A DNA stretch of 63,684 bases, counting the filler, from Collodictyon triciliatum (Eukaryota), in the NCBI GenBank assembly GCA_043381765.1. It is 5 parts of 5 records of this genome, joined end to end, with 100 filler letters (N's around TTAATTAATTAA, not from the genome) between each part and the next. Parts side by side here need not be neighbours in the genome. Positions count along the whole stretch, not along the records: positions 1 to 18,317 come from JBHJMP010000001.1; positions 18,418 to 24,859 come from JBHJMP010000002.1; 3 more parts are not named here. One strand, written 5' to 3'. Under the pieces are notes generated by a model, which saw only the letters and a list, made by a program, of their open reading frames with translations, made no database searches and had not been told where the DNA came from. The position numbers and the translations under genes were made by a program. How positions within the stretch are numbered: the stretch's first letter is position 1; every line of letters begins with the position of its first letter. Of the stretch, positions 1 to 20,414 are shown in pieces.

Positions 1-100
1 GAGTGAGTGAGTGAGTGAGTGAGTGAGTGAGTGAGTGAGTGAGTGAGTGAGTGAGTGAGTGAGTGAGTGAGTGAGTGAGTGAGTGAGAGAGAGAGAGAGA
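1..100. repeat. (GAGT)n then (GA)n microsatellite
   Basis: Perfect tandem repeat, visible directly. Confidence 0.95.
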
Positions 101-164
101 GGCACAGCAGTATACATCGAGAAGGTGCGGCTGGGGTTTGATTGGCCGATAGAATGAAATTCGT

Positions 165-1815
<1,651 letters not shown>

Positions 1816-3075
1816 GACGACGAAGGGGATGCGCTATTGAAAAGTTGCCTTTAGCCAAACGAAAGCTCCAGAGAAAGCACACCAGGACCCCAACTCCTAG
1901 TTAAATGGTTCTGCAGTAACTAGTTCTCTATGTTGCCCAAAAAAAAAAAGAGTGGGGCCTTGACTAAATGACGTAGGGTAGCCACCCTGGTCCGATATAG
2001 TTGAGCTTTGTGTAATTCCAAGCCATAAGTCGCTGAAGGCCAAAGGAGCTAAGCGAATCCCGAGTGAACGCCACATGAGACAAATGATAAGACCATTGTC
2101 ACAGAACCTGTTTGGCTCAGCCCTCTGACACCAGTGGCGCGTAGTAGGGCTACTTCCACGTGCGACCCTCCAGCAATTTGGCGTCGTGCTATCGATACCC
2201 AAGGCGCCGAGAAAATTCCAAAATCCAAAATTCCGCAGCCACGTGTCCACAGTACCGTAACTAATTTGTGCCATGGGTACATTTTCATAAATAGACAATA
2301 TTAAACGAAATATTATTATTATTTTATTGTAATAGACGCTCACATATCAGATGCTATAGTAGATTTTTGGTTTATATATATTAAATTCCAGTTATTGATA
2401 AATAGACAGCTTTCCTTTTCCTCAACTCGTGACCCGTATATGACACATGATGACGACACGGTTTTCTTGGCTTGAAACTTTAAAGATGCGCGACCGAATC
2501 GCTTGTGCAGCGCGCAGCAGAAGGAACCTGCTTCTTCGTCTTTTTCTTCGCAGGCTTGTAGTTGGGGCTGGAGTAAGGCATCCAAATCTATTGGGTAGGA
2601 ATGATGGCTTCTGCGCGGGATTATGCGGCCTATGAAAATTGCAAAGCAGACTCAGATACCGTTGTACTATTGCCATGAGTTTGTGGATGAATGGCTTTGT
2701 TTCCTTTCCTTTCCTTCACTTTTTTTTTTTTTTGTTATATTCTGCCACTTTTAACATAAGTCCTTGATATGTGATATTGTAGTAATTAAAATATGCCCAT
2801 GGCACTTTACTCTTCGTTTCAGTTGAAAATACATATTTAGAGATACTTCTTTATATAACCGTGGCTTGCAGAGAATACAAGATAGAAAGAGACAGAAAGG
2901 AAAACAGAAGGGAACAATTGGAAATAAGCTTGAATTAACCCCGCTTTTTTTCTATTAGTGGGTACATCGCACATAATATCAGTAGATATTGAGGCAAGCT
3001 GAATAAAGACGCAATAGAGCTATCCTTGTCTCAGGAAACTCAACTCATCAGACTGCATCTATTTGAGAGTATCAT

Positions 3076-4130
3076 ATGTCACGAGCAAACTTCAGACAAG
3101 AATCGAGTGCACTCTTCACGGAAAAGGTAAACGATTCGCATTAAGTTTATGAACTGATTGATATTTTCTCTTTATTCGATTCAAAATGCAACAGGTTTAA
3201 GCCGTGCGTGGGGCTTTCGACTTGATTGAGACAGTCGATCTTTTACTTTATGATATGAATGATTGATGAATAATAAACAATTATGTTTACTGTTTGTTTT
3301 ATATTCTATTCTTACCCAGCCACATAATAAAGGATTGTTAATTTATATATACTATAATATCGATGCCAATCATTTGTTTTTCTTTCTGCATAGCCTTTCT
3401 TTCTAAAACTAAAACGATACTCATCGCGATAATCTGTCGCTTTCCCGAATTATAAATCTTTCTTGATATGCTCTTATAAAGGAGAGTATTGCTAACTTCA
3501 TAAAACGGTTTGTTGCAGCTTCGTTCGAAAAAAACAGATGACCGCTCTAGTAGCGAATCTGATGCAGAAACGGAAATTCCCAAGGACGTTCCTGGTGCAG
3601 GCTCATCAGCAAACCAGGCTCCATTTATCAACCATGGTGTGTATCATAACTATTACCTCCTTATATATTAATATAATAATATGTTATCACCGTTATCATT
3701 TTCGCCAACCAAAACGATGGTACTGCATCTAACTACACTAATTCTTCGACTAAATTCAAGGCCTTAGGACATGGGAAAATCTCAGAAAGGAATGGAGAAA
3801 AACCCCAATAGGAATTCCTCGCAAAGAAAAGTTTGTTTTCTCATCTTTTCTGTATCCATTACACGAACCATATATTCTCATTTATAGTTCAGCAAAAGTC
3901 CTTAGCTTTTCAGTAGGTTTGATTTCTTCACTAGTTTCTTAATATTTTTTGCTCAAAGAATATATTGATGGTATTAAAGTCAATCTTCCAATCGCAGACG
4001 GAGGATTTCACAACAAGAGCGCAATCTCCTCTCAGTGCAAATCACTCGGTCAGACCACTTTTCTAAACCCATTCCACTTGGGGAGTTTGTACCAGCCTTG
4101 ACGCAAGTATGGGAGACGGAAGCTCAATAG
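3076..4130 (+). CDS. DUF4050 / Gag1-like clamp family protein, about 4 exons, 5' end uncertain
   Basis: In-frame exons MSRANFRQESSALFTEK / ...QAPFINHG / LRTWENLRKEWRK / ...HFSKPIPLGEFVPALTQVWETEAQ*. They match the family motifs F(I/V)NHGL..W...R..W and F..PIPL...V..L..VW. Confidence 0.75.
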
Positions 4131-4329
4131 ACCCGCCAGTTTTTCTCTCCTATCTTACAATTTTCAGATTCTTCTTTATTTTCTTTTTTTATTCTTATGA
4201 TACCAGTGTTTCTCTTTTCTATCTTCCTCGTAAACAAAATGAACCTATTTCAAGAAATAAATAATAAGATAATTTTTATCTTGAAAGACATTAAAAATTC
4301 ATCTGGTCGTGCATAATATCTAATATATT

Positions 4330-4387
4330 ATGATTACTTCATTGCTCTTTGAATCGAATGAAGGGAAAAAATGATTACTTCATTGCT
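4330..4387 (+). mobile_element. Very short retroposed insert with 17-bp TSD
   Basis: atgattacttcattgct [ctttgaatcgaatgaagggaaaaa] atgattacttcattgct. Confidence 0.8.
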
Positions 4388-4419
4388 TTTTTTTTTGACA
4401 GCGTGTTGTTCCGTATAAT

Positions 4420-4491
4420 ATGTTGCACTAAAGATTTAGCCTCGCTACACTTTGAATCGAATAAAGGAAAAAAAATGTTACACTAAAGATT
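4420..4491 (+). mobile_element. Very short retroposed insert with 17-bp TSD (1 mismatch)
   Basis: atgttgcactaaagatt [tagcctcgctacactttgaatcgaataaaggaaaaaaa] atgttacactaaagatt. Confidence 0.85.
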
Positions 4492-4851
4492 AATCTATGA
4501 CAAGTTAATCAACCCACCAACCCGCTATACGCTGGCAAACACCCAATGTCTCTTTCTTCGAGGCAAAACGTACATGTCGCATGGCACACCAGCTTTGAAA
4601 AGTAATTTTAATCATAGAAAAATTAAAGGAACAGCCAAAACAAGACAAATATGATTGCGTATCAAAGAAAAGCCATAAACAAGTTACAATGTGAAGGGTT
4701 ATGTATAATGTAGCACCATTTTACAAGGCTTCTTCAACTTTGGACGAACTTTTCCTTTCATAATTATAATTATGTTTTTATGTTTTTTTTTTCAGACTTT
4801 TCGTGAGAAAGGCCAGGCTTCAGGAGCTCTGGGAAAGAAAGAAAATGTCAT

Positions 4852-9814
<4,963 letters not shown>

Positions 9815-10254
9815 CCTAACCAAAAAAAAAATAAAAATAAGAATAAGAACAAGAATAATAGATGAAGCATGCAAGGGACAGTCACAGGGCTATGTGTTAA
9901 CTACTGCTGTTGGTGAGTTATTTACGCTTCTTTATTTCTCTTTTCTTTTGCTTGATTCACTCCTTGCAGTTTTGTCAGGACGAAGTCGCGTTTTTTTTTT
10001 TTAAAAAAAAAAAAAAGTAATTTGTAACCGAACGTACGGTCTGCAATATGTGGATCTTCCATCGTCACTCGCAATACAATGGCTACTTTGTTGTGTTGTG
10101 TTTTTGGTTTTTGGTTTTGTTTTAGTCGGAAACTTACCTCCCAGCACACGGGAATACTAAAACCGCGTAAAGAAAAAGTGATCACACCTCGCACATCGGA
10201 GAAAATCACTAATATGTCCGTTACAAACGAGTGCCTCGCAAGAAATAAAAATGA

Positions 10255-10325
10255 TGCATTGTCCGGGAATCGAACCCGGGTCGACAGCTTGGAAGGCTAT
10301 CATGCTGCCACTACACCAACAATGC
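10255..10325 (-). tRNA. trnG: tRNA-Gly (anticodon TCC)
   Basis: Reverse complement is GCATTGTTGGTGTAGTGGCAGCATGATAGCCTTCCAAGCTGTCGACCCGGGTTCGATTCCCGGACAATGCA. It has a 7-bp acceptor stem, anticodon loop CTTCCAA and T-loop GTTCGATTC. A T-run terminator follows a few nt downstream. Confidence 0.97.
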
Positions 10326-10694
10326 TTTCTTGTTGCAATGATGAAATTATATTATAATGACATATCAAATCGTGTTTCATTTTCCTTTTTGTGGGTATTG
10401 GTGCCACGAGTTACCTGTCCTTGCCCATCTCCTTTCCGTAAATCGGCTCTATATCTGGCGAGGTTTACACACCATAATAAACCAATACGTGAGGCATCCA
10501 ATGAAGTAAATATAAAACAAAATTATTGTATCTGCACCATTATTCACATAGTTATTGAAGATATACACAATATCATAATTTTAGTGGTCTTCTAATACGA
10601 AGTTTCTGGGTGACAGTTCTTTCATGTTGTTTTATGAGCATCATTTCTTCATGCTTTTTTTCGATTTTCTTTCAGACCCGTCCCAAGATGTGGC

Positions 10695-13600
10695 TCACCA
10701 CTCTTGGACAGTCCCGGGTTGCTTTTCTTCAATGTCGCCCTTCCTGTTCACATAAAACATCCTGATTGACTGGCTGCCATATGCGATGTTCTTACTGCGG
10801 TCCTCGGTTTCGAATTCGGGCGAATCTTGTATTAGTGCCTGGGTGATATGTGAAATGTTCACACGACCAGGCGTGCCATTGGACTCCATTTTGGATGCGA
10901 TGTTGACATTTTCCCCCCAAATGTCGAAAACCTAATAAATTCAATGACGCAAATGTCTCAAATAAATAAAGAAAAGAATATATATAAGTAGGCACGATCA
11001 AACAGACTGGAATATGAAAACTCGTCCAAGAGAATTATAATATGCGTTGGTAGGCAAGCAAACCATCTTAGTCACACCGATAATTCCACCGACTACATTT
11101 CCACTGTTTATTCCGATGCGAACGTTGACACGTAGCCCCTCGATAGGATCTAATTCCTGGACAATACGAATCATCTCCAGCCCCATGTCGACAACAGCCT
11201 AAATGATTTACAATATTTGCCTATGAATGACACTATTTTTTCCATGAGTATGGTAGAAGAAAGACACACCATTATTTAACATAATAAGTATATCAATCGA
11301 TATTCGCACAATAAGGAAATGGAACAATCAGTGGACAAGAATTTACTTGGGCATGGTCAGACCGCGGGTATGGTAGACCACCAACAACCATATAAGCATC
11401 GCCTTTGTTACAACGGATTTTTTTGGTTAATACATAAAGCGTTATCTTGCACTAATTCAATACATCATTTGAACATACAAGGATATTATTTACCTATTGT
11501 CTTAATTTTTTCAAGACCTTTCTCTTCGGCATATGAGTCAAACTAAAAAATCAATATATTACTTGTTAGAATTAACCTCGCTACACTTTGAATCGAATAA
11601 AGGGGAAAAAAATATTACTAGTTAGAATTATACGTACAGTTTCTGAATTTTTGTAAATGAAGATATTTCAGTCAGACCTGAGAAAACAGGCTATTCAACA
11701 TTTTAACGATACTCTTTGCGTCTAATTTTGATGAGAGGACTGTAAAACTACAAAGTTGAAAAATAGTATGTGTGATTACTCATGAGTAATTGCACCTTAT
11801 TTTATTGCCACTATTGTCGTTTTTTTCGTGTTGATTTTTTATTTTTATTTTATTTTATTTTTTAAATAAAGGTGCAGCTTCTATAATTATTACCCAACAA
11901 TATCTGCAAATAGGACAGTTGCAGTCTGATAAGTGTCGATTAGTTTACCATCCCCATCTCTCATTTTTTTGATAACACTTTCCGGTAGAATGTTATCTGC
12001 GTATATTTTTCAATTAGTCCGTGCATAAGCTTAATCAAATATGATAAATTTAAGAAAAAATTGTTATATAATATATTTTATATATCTTTTACGCGCGATA
12101 TATCCACTAATAGGCAAAAAAAAAGCAAGGGTTACTAACATAAAAGGCGTTCGGTTTCCTCTCTTTGCTTCAGTACTTTCTTCCGTTCCTCCTCTGCCAA
12201 CTTGGCAAGTAGGTAGTCACGTCTTCAAATTAAATGATTATTACAAGGATTTAGGATATATTTTCCCCTGTGGTCAAAACGCTGCTTACTAATTTTATCA
12301 TCTTAAGTACCTTTCGTGCTTTTCTATGCCAAGCGATGTAGCCCCTCCAAAGACACTCAAGGCCACATAAAAGATAAGGCCATTCAAATCAAGAGGCAGA
12401 TCCATGGATGAAGCTTTCAGGCATATCTTTTTGATGAGGTTAGTGTTAAAATTTTATCCAAGGCCACCCCAACTTTGAATCGAATAAAGAAAAAATAATT
12501 AAAGTGATCTCAAAGTTTGACCCATAAAGGGGGATTTCTTTGTGCTGATAGTTTCATCTGAAAGCGAACTATCTAGTGCTTCGATATATTTGATATTCTA
12601 TTTAATCTACTAGAATATTTGTCACTGGTACTTACCACAAAAGGGAAAAAAGACCCTAAAATAGCTTTCAGGCAGTATCGATACGGGACTTTGGATACCA
12701 TGAAAAAAAGCACTTGAAAGATGAGCAATAGCTCATACATCATCAAAGAAGCTCCGGATAAATCATTTCTTTTGATAAAGGTAAGAAAAATCATTCTCTG
12801 GCATTTCTTTTGAATTAGACATTAAATATTTCATTTCAGACAGTTGGTGGCTTACTTACCGAAATATTCCGAAGGAAATGATGGCTCCAAGATATGAAAG
12901 CACAATAATTGATATTCCTCCATTAATGGCGCTTAAAGAGTTCAAATAAACCAAACCTCCATATGTAATCTGTTATCAATACATAAGCTCGATCGTAAAC
13001 AAACTCAAAATTAAAATGATGGCTTTTTTTTTTTAGGAAGATGCTTCTTTTCTTTTCCTTTTTACCTGTGTCAGTACAGAGGGACCCATAACCATATAAT
13101 ACTCCTGTAATTGCTCCCATGATGAATGTTTGTATTGCAATAGACTCCACCCGGCTATCATTTGGAATGCAACGAAGAATATCACAAATGTCGGTAAGCG
13201 TTCCTGGCATTCTTGTTCTTGGATGTAACGGAATTCACTTTCATCCTTGGCATCAATAAAGCTAAGAATGAGAAATTTGGATTTGATTTGTGAGTTCATC
13301 ATCGCATCCATTTCTTCATTTTTCTTTTGCATAGCTTCCCTGGCCTTTCTTTTCTTTCTTTCTCCTATTAAGAATATAATGTTGTCATTTATATATTTTT
13401 AGCTTTTTTTATACTTTTTTATATATTTAATATTTTTAGAAAAAATGATATGATTATCTCTATAAAAACAGAGGAAGTAAATTTTTTATGACAAGTAATT
13501 GTGTTGCTATGGGTATACCTTTTGGCAATTCGTCCTTGTCATCATTCATTTGTTCATTTGCGTCTTTTGTTTCCTTTTTCTCATCTTTTCCTGATCTCAC

Positions 13601-13727
13601 ACTAACTGGCGGAATGTCGATGGGATTTTCCGTTTTATCCATGGTGATGGACTCAAGTCTATTTTTTTATTTTTTTTAATACAAGACAATGTCATAGAAT
13701 CAGTCAGGTTTCTATTTTTTTCTATAA

Positions 13728-13759
<32 letters not shown>

Positions 13760-16716
13760 GGGGGGGGATCAATTTTATGACTATCGATTGCATATCTTGC
13801 ATTGAATAGATTGAACTGTGGTACCTGTTGTTGATAAAATATGTCTGCATATCTCCTTTTCCTTTGACGTACATTATTGGCCTCTTTTCAAACTCAAATT
13901 CATTATGCAATAGGTCATATACCTCGCTGGTCACATGAACACGGTTTGCAGTACCATGCGATTGCATTCGACTCGCTATGTTTTCAGTAAATCAATATAG
14001 TTTTACGCTCGAATTTCACTCAGTCTCAATCTGGTCGACTTCATTAAAAGCTCCTCTGTATACCTGTATTCACGGAATCTCCCCATAAATCGTACAAAAA
14101 CTTGGTTTTACCTTTGGTATATGGTTTTTTCCCCATCAATTATGGTTTTTAAATAATCATAATGCCATATTATACAAAAGTATTCATCAAAATATATCAT
14201 TCAATGAAAAATGGTTTGTTGTGCTAATTTTAGTTCATACGCTCATCATGGGATAATTGTATTTGATGTATTTTAACTGCTATTAATTTGATTCAAAGAA
14301 AGAAGGAAATACCTATGACACCAGCAACTATAGGCCCCGTATGTATTCCAAGGGTGACTTGAATATCCTTTTGCTTCATCTTTGATAATCCCTCTGCCTA
14401 TTGATGCATAATTGAGAAAGTGCAAAAAGTTTGATATTTCAATTTTTCAGTCAGCCAAGATGCAATCAGGGTATGAAATGGCAAAATGAAATTCTATAAT
14501 GTGTTTTATTACCGCTCTAATCATATCGAGAGCGAAATTTGCCGTGTTTTTGGCGGATTGGTGCGGTGGCAAAGGCTCGGGCAATCCACACGCCACAAGA
14601 TACCCTAGCCAGTAATCGCAAATTATGCATTTTTTTCTTAAATATATACATATATAATTGAGAACTTCAGAACGATGTTTTGTTTTGTTTTGTTTTGTTT
14701 TGTTTTGTTTTGTTTTGTTTTGTTTTGTTTTGTTTTGTTTTTATTATATTTATTTTTTTCTTTTCACAAGGGACAAAAAGACTTCTGGAAAAAAAATACC
14801 GTCGCCGATGGTTTTAATCTTCTCCAGTTTGTAGCTGTGTGCCAATCTATCAAATGTGGAAACTATGTCTCCAAGCAATTGTATAGCTTCTGTAGGCGGC
14901 AGTTTTTTGGATATGTCGGTCCATCCAACCAAGTCAGCGAAAAGAACTGTGACATGAGAATACCCATCTGAAATCACCTTGTGTTTTATTTTCCCGTTTA
15001 GAACCCAGGTTAGGCGGAGAAATGGGTAGAGAAGAAAATATCGGATTCGATTCTAGAAGCAAGGTATTTACCTCTTCTCCGTCTATAAGTCTTTTTGCTA
15101 TCTTATTAGGCAGAATATTCAGCAGCAATTTTTCCTAATGGTTTTTAATAATAAAAAAATAATCATAAATTAATGCCAGTTGCGAGCCTATTTTACTAAT
15201 GAGTTAGGAGAAAATATGTTACCGTGACAAGCTTCTCTTTGACCACTTCCTCTGTATGTCGCAACACAATCGCCCTTCTTTTCTAATTTTTCAAGTACGT
15301 AGTATGGTTATCAGTTCTTGGTCTACGTATTTGTTCACTCTACTCTCCTGTCTAATTGTTTTCTTTTACTATTTCTTTCCTCTTTCGTTTTCTTTATGTT
15401 TTCTTTATGTTTTCTTTTTAATATAAAATATAGGTTCAATCTGCTTAGACAAAGACATGAGCAAAATTATGTTTTTCTTTTAAGAACAGTACCTCTAGGT
15501 TTCTGTATTGCAACTCGTTCCTGTAGCTCGCAAGTCCCACTGAAATCCCTCCAACCAGCAGAGTTACAATAGCAGCAAAATACCTTCCGACTGTAATAAC
15601 GGGAAATCCCGCTATACAAGCCAAGAATGCAACGGCGCAGAATGTGTAAACTTTGACGGCAACCTGGGATAAAATCAGATACATAAACATCGACATAACC
15701 GTTATTGCATTTCTCATTATCATATGTGCAAAAATGCCATGGCCAGTGAGAGGCGTCAATCGGTTTGTACCAAGGACAAACCTTGAATGGAAAGCGCAGA
15801 GACATAAATACACCATAATCCCCAAATAGGTAGACCATATTCAGGTATCGCTCGTCATTCAAGTAAAGCAGTTCCGGTTCATAAAGATTAAACCTCCCAA
15901 ATTGTGCTCTAACGCATAACGTGGCCAAGACGACACTCGTAGTGATACACATGATGCGCAACTGATATTCAGGAAACCATCTATTATGCGAATATGAATA
16001 CCCAAGCATCGATTAATATTATTTTTTTTACAGGTCAATTATATGACAGCGAACCTTTTTAAAATACATAAGTTATTTAGTAAATGGTATATACTTGGCC
16101 GTGGTGGCTATGGCAACCGTGGTCGTCATTAACCCCAGGGCAACGTTTGTACCGATACCCACCATTTGAGGACCTTTTGGATCCATCAACTCCGATCCCG
16201 TGAAAGTAAAAAGGATGATGGCAACAATCAAGGCGAAAAGGCGATGCGCTTTAGTTGATGAGTAAAAGAGCTTTCCAACGAAGTCCTCTTCAAGTTCATG
16301 GTCCTTTTTTTTTTTATCGTCATTGTCATTATATATAGTCAGTTGCGAAACATAAACACCTAAAAGATTTTACTTAAACACATCTCTTCTACTTTTTTTT
16401 TGTGGGAGAAAATCAATCGTAGTTTATATCAAGCAGATGACAGGTTGCTGAAAGAAAGGACAAAAACAACCAAAACACATACCAGAAAGGTGAGCCACTT
16501 ATCCATGGAAAATTTTGCCTCGATCTCGCGCAGAATCGAAGCGTCTGTGTCTTGTGCGGCATCATTGCGGTTCCAGACTGCCGACAAGTCCCCAACATCC
16601 ATGAGCCCGGCAGATGCTGTGGACGACAGAGACATCCTCTTGACATCGTGGTTCAGCCTCTCGAAGTCCTTTCCGCCTTCCTTCTTTAGCCTGTTGAGCT
16701 CGTCGTCGTATGACAT
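10695..16716 (-). CDS. Class III transmembrane adenylyl cyclase, TM cassette-C1-TM cassette-C2, many exons
   Basis: C1: [71 protein letters not shown]. C2: DNILP, [56 protein letters not shown]. Hydrophobic exons precede each domain. Lys and Asp at the specificity positions indicate ATP as substrate. Confidence 0.92.
11556..11630 (+). mobile_element. Very short retroposed insert with 19-bp TSD (1 mismatch), in a cyclase intron
   Basis: atattacttgttagaatta [acctcgctacactttgaatcgaataaagggg A-run] atattactagttagaatta. Confidence 0.85.
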
Positions 16717-18361
16717 GGCTCTTGATTATTTCTGTTTGGCGTAGAAAGGTAGATCAAGATTAATTCCTGCCGTGTTTTAAGAAGGGCTCTCCATGGAATA
16801 AAGAACCGATTGCTAGAATAAGCTTATTTCGACTATTCATCAAATAATTATACGAGGCATTATGACCTTCTCTTTGTTTAATGTGTTTCAGGCTCAGCTA
16901 TACACCACCCAGGCCCTTGTCAGAAAGAAAGAGAACTGTCTTGCATACAATACGGAAAAGCATATGGGATGGACAATATTGTGAGTCGTCTGCGGGAATG
17001 TGTCGTATGGGTGTGAAATCAGTGAGGGATTCGCTAGGTGGGCTTGAGCAAACAGAGGCAACTTTGCTAATGCTATCTCTATTTCAGAATTCTCTGCGAT
17101 GTGGTATTTGTTAGAGTCCACCAATTTCTCAAAACACCCCAACAAGAGACCAGACCCGGCATGCTAGCCAGACCAGCACCTTGTAGCTCATTTCCCGCTC
17201 TGCAGGGACTGCCCCAAGGCAGTGGGCAAATGTAAGGAGCAGATCAATTCAGGGAAAAACGGAAAGGCTGAGCAAGTAACCCAACTCTGTAATTGCGTCG
17301 TAGACAAAGACCACCCACGGCCCGGCAAGCTCTTTCGCTTCATTTCGTTTGCGGTCTGTACTCGCGGCCCAGAAAGACAACCCCGAAATTGATCAATTCC
17401 CGGAGAAATATCCATTCCCTGGGGTCTAGTTTATTTTTCTTGTGCAATCACTCAAACATATGTATTTTCAGGATTCACAGAAACGCGTTTTAGCCGAGTA
17501 AAATAGCGACAGGAGTACCCCACGCCAGAATTTCAAAAGAAAATTAGAGTGTTTTGTGCGATAACCCTAACCCATCTGTTCATTGGTTTGAAAATGAAGC
17601 TCTTTTTTTCCTTTGCGTGGTTGAAGGGAAGGAATAAAACTAGGCGAAGGAAAACGCCACTCACCCGCCAACTAATCAAACTCTGGAACTTTTCCAAATA
17701 GGTGTGTATTCTGTGCTGCGCGCGTGCTCATTGGTCAAAACATTTCCTATCTATAGGCTGATTCTATGGAATGAGTTAGGTGGATGGAGAATACGTTGGA
17801 GTGTCGCCGGCCAAAAAAATATGAGTTAATTTCCGTTAGAAACAGGACGCCTGGCGGAAGCACCGGATGACAGTTTTCACCGAACTTCTTGGGTATACAC
17901 AGATTCCCGCAGAGATGAGGTGTTACTGCACATCAGAATCGTTAGCAGAGAAATAACCTCACAATTATATTTATAAATTTATATTAATGTATTTATATTA
18001 TTATTATATCGATATATACGACAAATATTTTATCATGAAAAATAAATATTTATTTTCCAAATTTGAATAAAGACCGATCCGCCCCAATTTTGTTTTCTGT
18101 GGCGGTCTGTCTTTTAATCCGCCTGAAAGTTTAGGCGCTTCAAAGCAAGGAAAAAACGCCACGTCGCCATTGCAACGAAGCTTGAAAGCAGGAAGGCTGC
18201 AGAGGCTCCGTATAAATGATGAAAGTTGGCTCTTAAAAAAATAAAAATAAAAATAAAAATAAAAATAAAAATAAAAATAAAAATAAAAATAAAAATAAAA
18301 ATAAAAATAAAAATAAANNNNNNNNNNNNNNNNNNNNNNNNNNNNNNNNNNNNNNNNNNNN

Positions 18362-18373
18362 TTAATTAATTAA
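18362..18373. other. Artificial scaffold-joining linker TTAATTAATTAA within an N run
   Basis: All-frame stop linker centred in a 100-nt N spacer; it recurs four times. Confidence 0.95.
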
Positions 18374-20414
18374 NNNNNNNNNNNNNNNNNNNNNNNNNNN
18401 NNNNNNNNNNNNNNNNNTTTTTTTTTTTTTCTTTTTTTTCTTTTTTTCTTTTTTTCTTTTTTTCTTTTTTTCTTTTTTTCTTGAAGTCGATCACAAGCCC
18501 ACGGCGGTGCTGAGAGAGCTATCGGGCCCGTGATCTGTGATGATCGCGCGAGTGGATATGTGATCGGCTTTTTATAGGTGAGGCCATGTTTGGCGTAACT
18601 GTGATCGGCGCTGCGTCAAACGAAAGGGAAGTGAAGGGAAAAGCCGATCACGCAGCCCACACAGGCCACAGCCCCAAGGGATTCTGTCGCCCGCGAAGAT
18701 TCAGCCGAGTTGGTGACACTATATGTCTAAAATAGAAAATGATCTAGATCTTTTTATAATTTGGGGTCATTGACGAAATATAGCCACATATGCCATTCCC
18801 TACAACAGATTGAGTGTCGATTCGGTCATCGGAATTGGGATTCAGGCTGATCATGTCTTAATAGTAATTTGTATCTGGAAAACAAATATTTATTGCTCAG
18901 TCTCTTCAATTAAAAATTACTAGTCAAATTATGCGTATATAATCTGTGTAAAATTCGATAAATAATAATACGCATCAAGCCTGTTACTTTAAGGTTGTGT
19001 TGTGGGCTTTTTTTAAGCGATTATTCGTTGGCACATAGTGGCCAGGAAAAGTCTGTAATAAAATGCTAATTAGGGTAAAAGTTGGCACAACCCACAAGCG
19101 GACACTTTTTTAGCCCACAACACCACGCTGGTGGGCGGTTATGACCCTGGCCGATCAAAAATTATTCATTGCAACAAACATACAGCCCACAACTCCCCTC
19201 GACCCGATACACTTTCCCAAGAGCACAATAGTAGCGCACACTCCAGAACAACTCAGACAAAGCAAGCTAATCGCAGGCCCATCTCTAACTTGCTAGACCA
19301 GAACGATGGACGCCCTCGCCAAGAACTCCAACAAGCGCAAGCAGGAAGCTGCCCCCGCGAAGCAACAGCAAGCACTGGTTTGTTGTGCATTTCACACTGC
19401 CGCCGCTCAACACTTGTTTAATTTCTTACAAGGCTGGAGTTCAACGCGAAGTCTTTTATTTTTTTTTATATTTTTTTGAAGTTTGTGTCTGGCCTTATCG
19501 CCCCTTAAAGGGTTAAGAGCTACCACTTTGTGGTGGTTGTGTCCCTGTCAGGGCTGCACCACAACTGATGGCCTGAACAAAAAGGATGACACACATGAAC
19601 AAGGTCATAACTGGTCATCTTTCGCTGGAGCACCAATTAAATTCATATGTTGATTGCGAACTGTCTGTCAGCCTGAATGACTGAGGGGCAATCGATTGTG
19701 CTAATGACTTCACTCTGGCCGCTAGATACCTATAGATACCTATCGAATGGTTATCACACATAAGCTTCTGTGAATAGTCGTATCTTGCCCTCACCTAACT
19801 CGCTCATACTCTGACCCACGTTTTGGCGATACCAGTAAGGCTCATGTAAACCTGACTCTGCCCTAGTTAACCAGGCAGGTATACTGGGATTATGACTATT
19901 TACACAGCATTTTCTCCTTTTCTTGGAAAAATTATCAATCAATTCTACATGCAAACAGTGATGAGCCAAAAAAAAAAACATTTAAAAATAACTTGATACA
20001 CTTCAAAGATTGTATTTTGACATGCGTTCATTTTGCCACTCCAAACAATACCTGTACCATGTCTGCACAAATTGAAAGGGAGAATAAGAAAAAAATCATG
20101 TTTGATTTATTCAGTACTGGACATGTAAAATCGTAGGAGATTGAACAGGACAGCATGACCCCTAGAATAATATATGGAAGCCTTAGTTTTGGTGTAGATG
20201 AACCGAAGAAATACTTCATCTAATATCAAAGAGCGAACATAAGTATTTCTTCTTTTTCTTTTTCTTTTTTTTTTTTTAAAAAAAAAACAGGAATAATGAT
20301 TAAATTTGAAGTGCGGGGGTATTGAGACATATTTACTTTCCTTAATGACTTACAAAAATAATAACTATTAAGACGGGATGGGTTGGTGACTTGCCTTGGT
20401 CGAGTTTAGTATGA

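Noticed and set aside
1897-2343. 148-aa minus-strand ORF or possible structured RNA upstream of adenylate kinase
   Set aside because: No recognisable protein or RNA family motif; most likely a divergent promoter or UTR region.
4330-4491. Two adjacent repeat copies with unique flanks resembling a CRISPR-like repeat-spacer unit
   Set aside because: The context is eukaryotic and each copy has its own TSD and A-tail, so they are independent retroposon insertions.
17560-17574. TAACCCTAACCC telomere-like motif
   Set aside because: It is only two units; at most a telo-box-like promoter motif, not a telomere or array.
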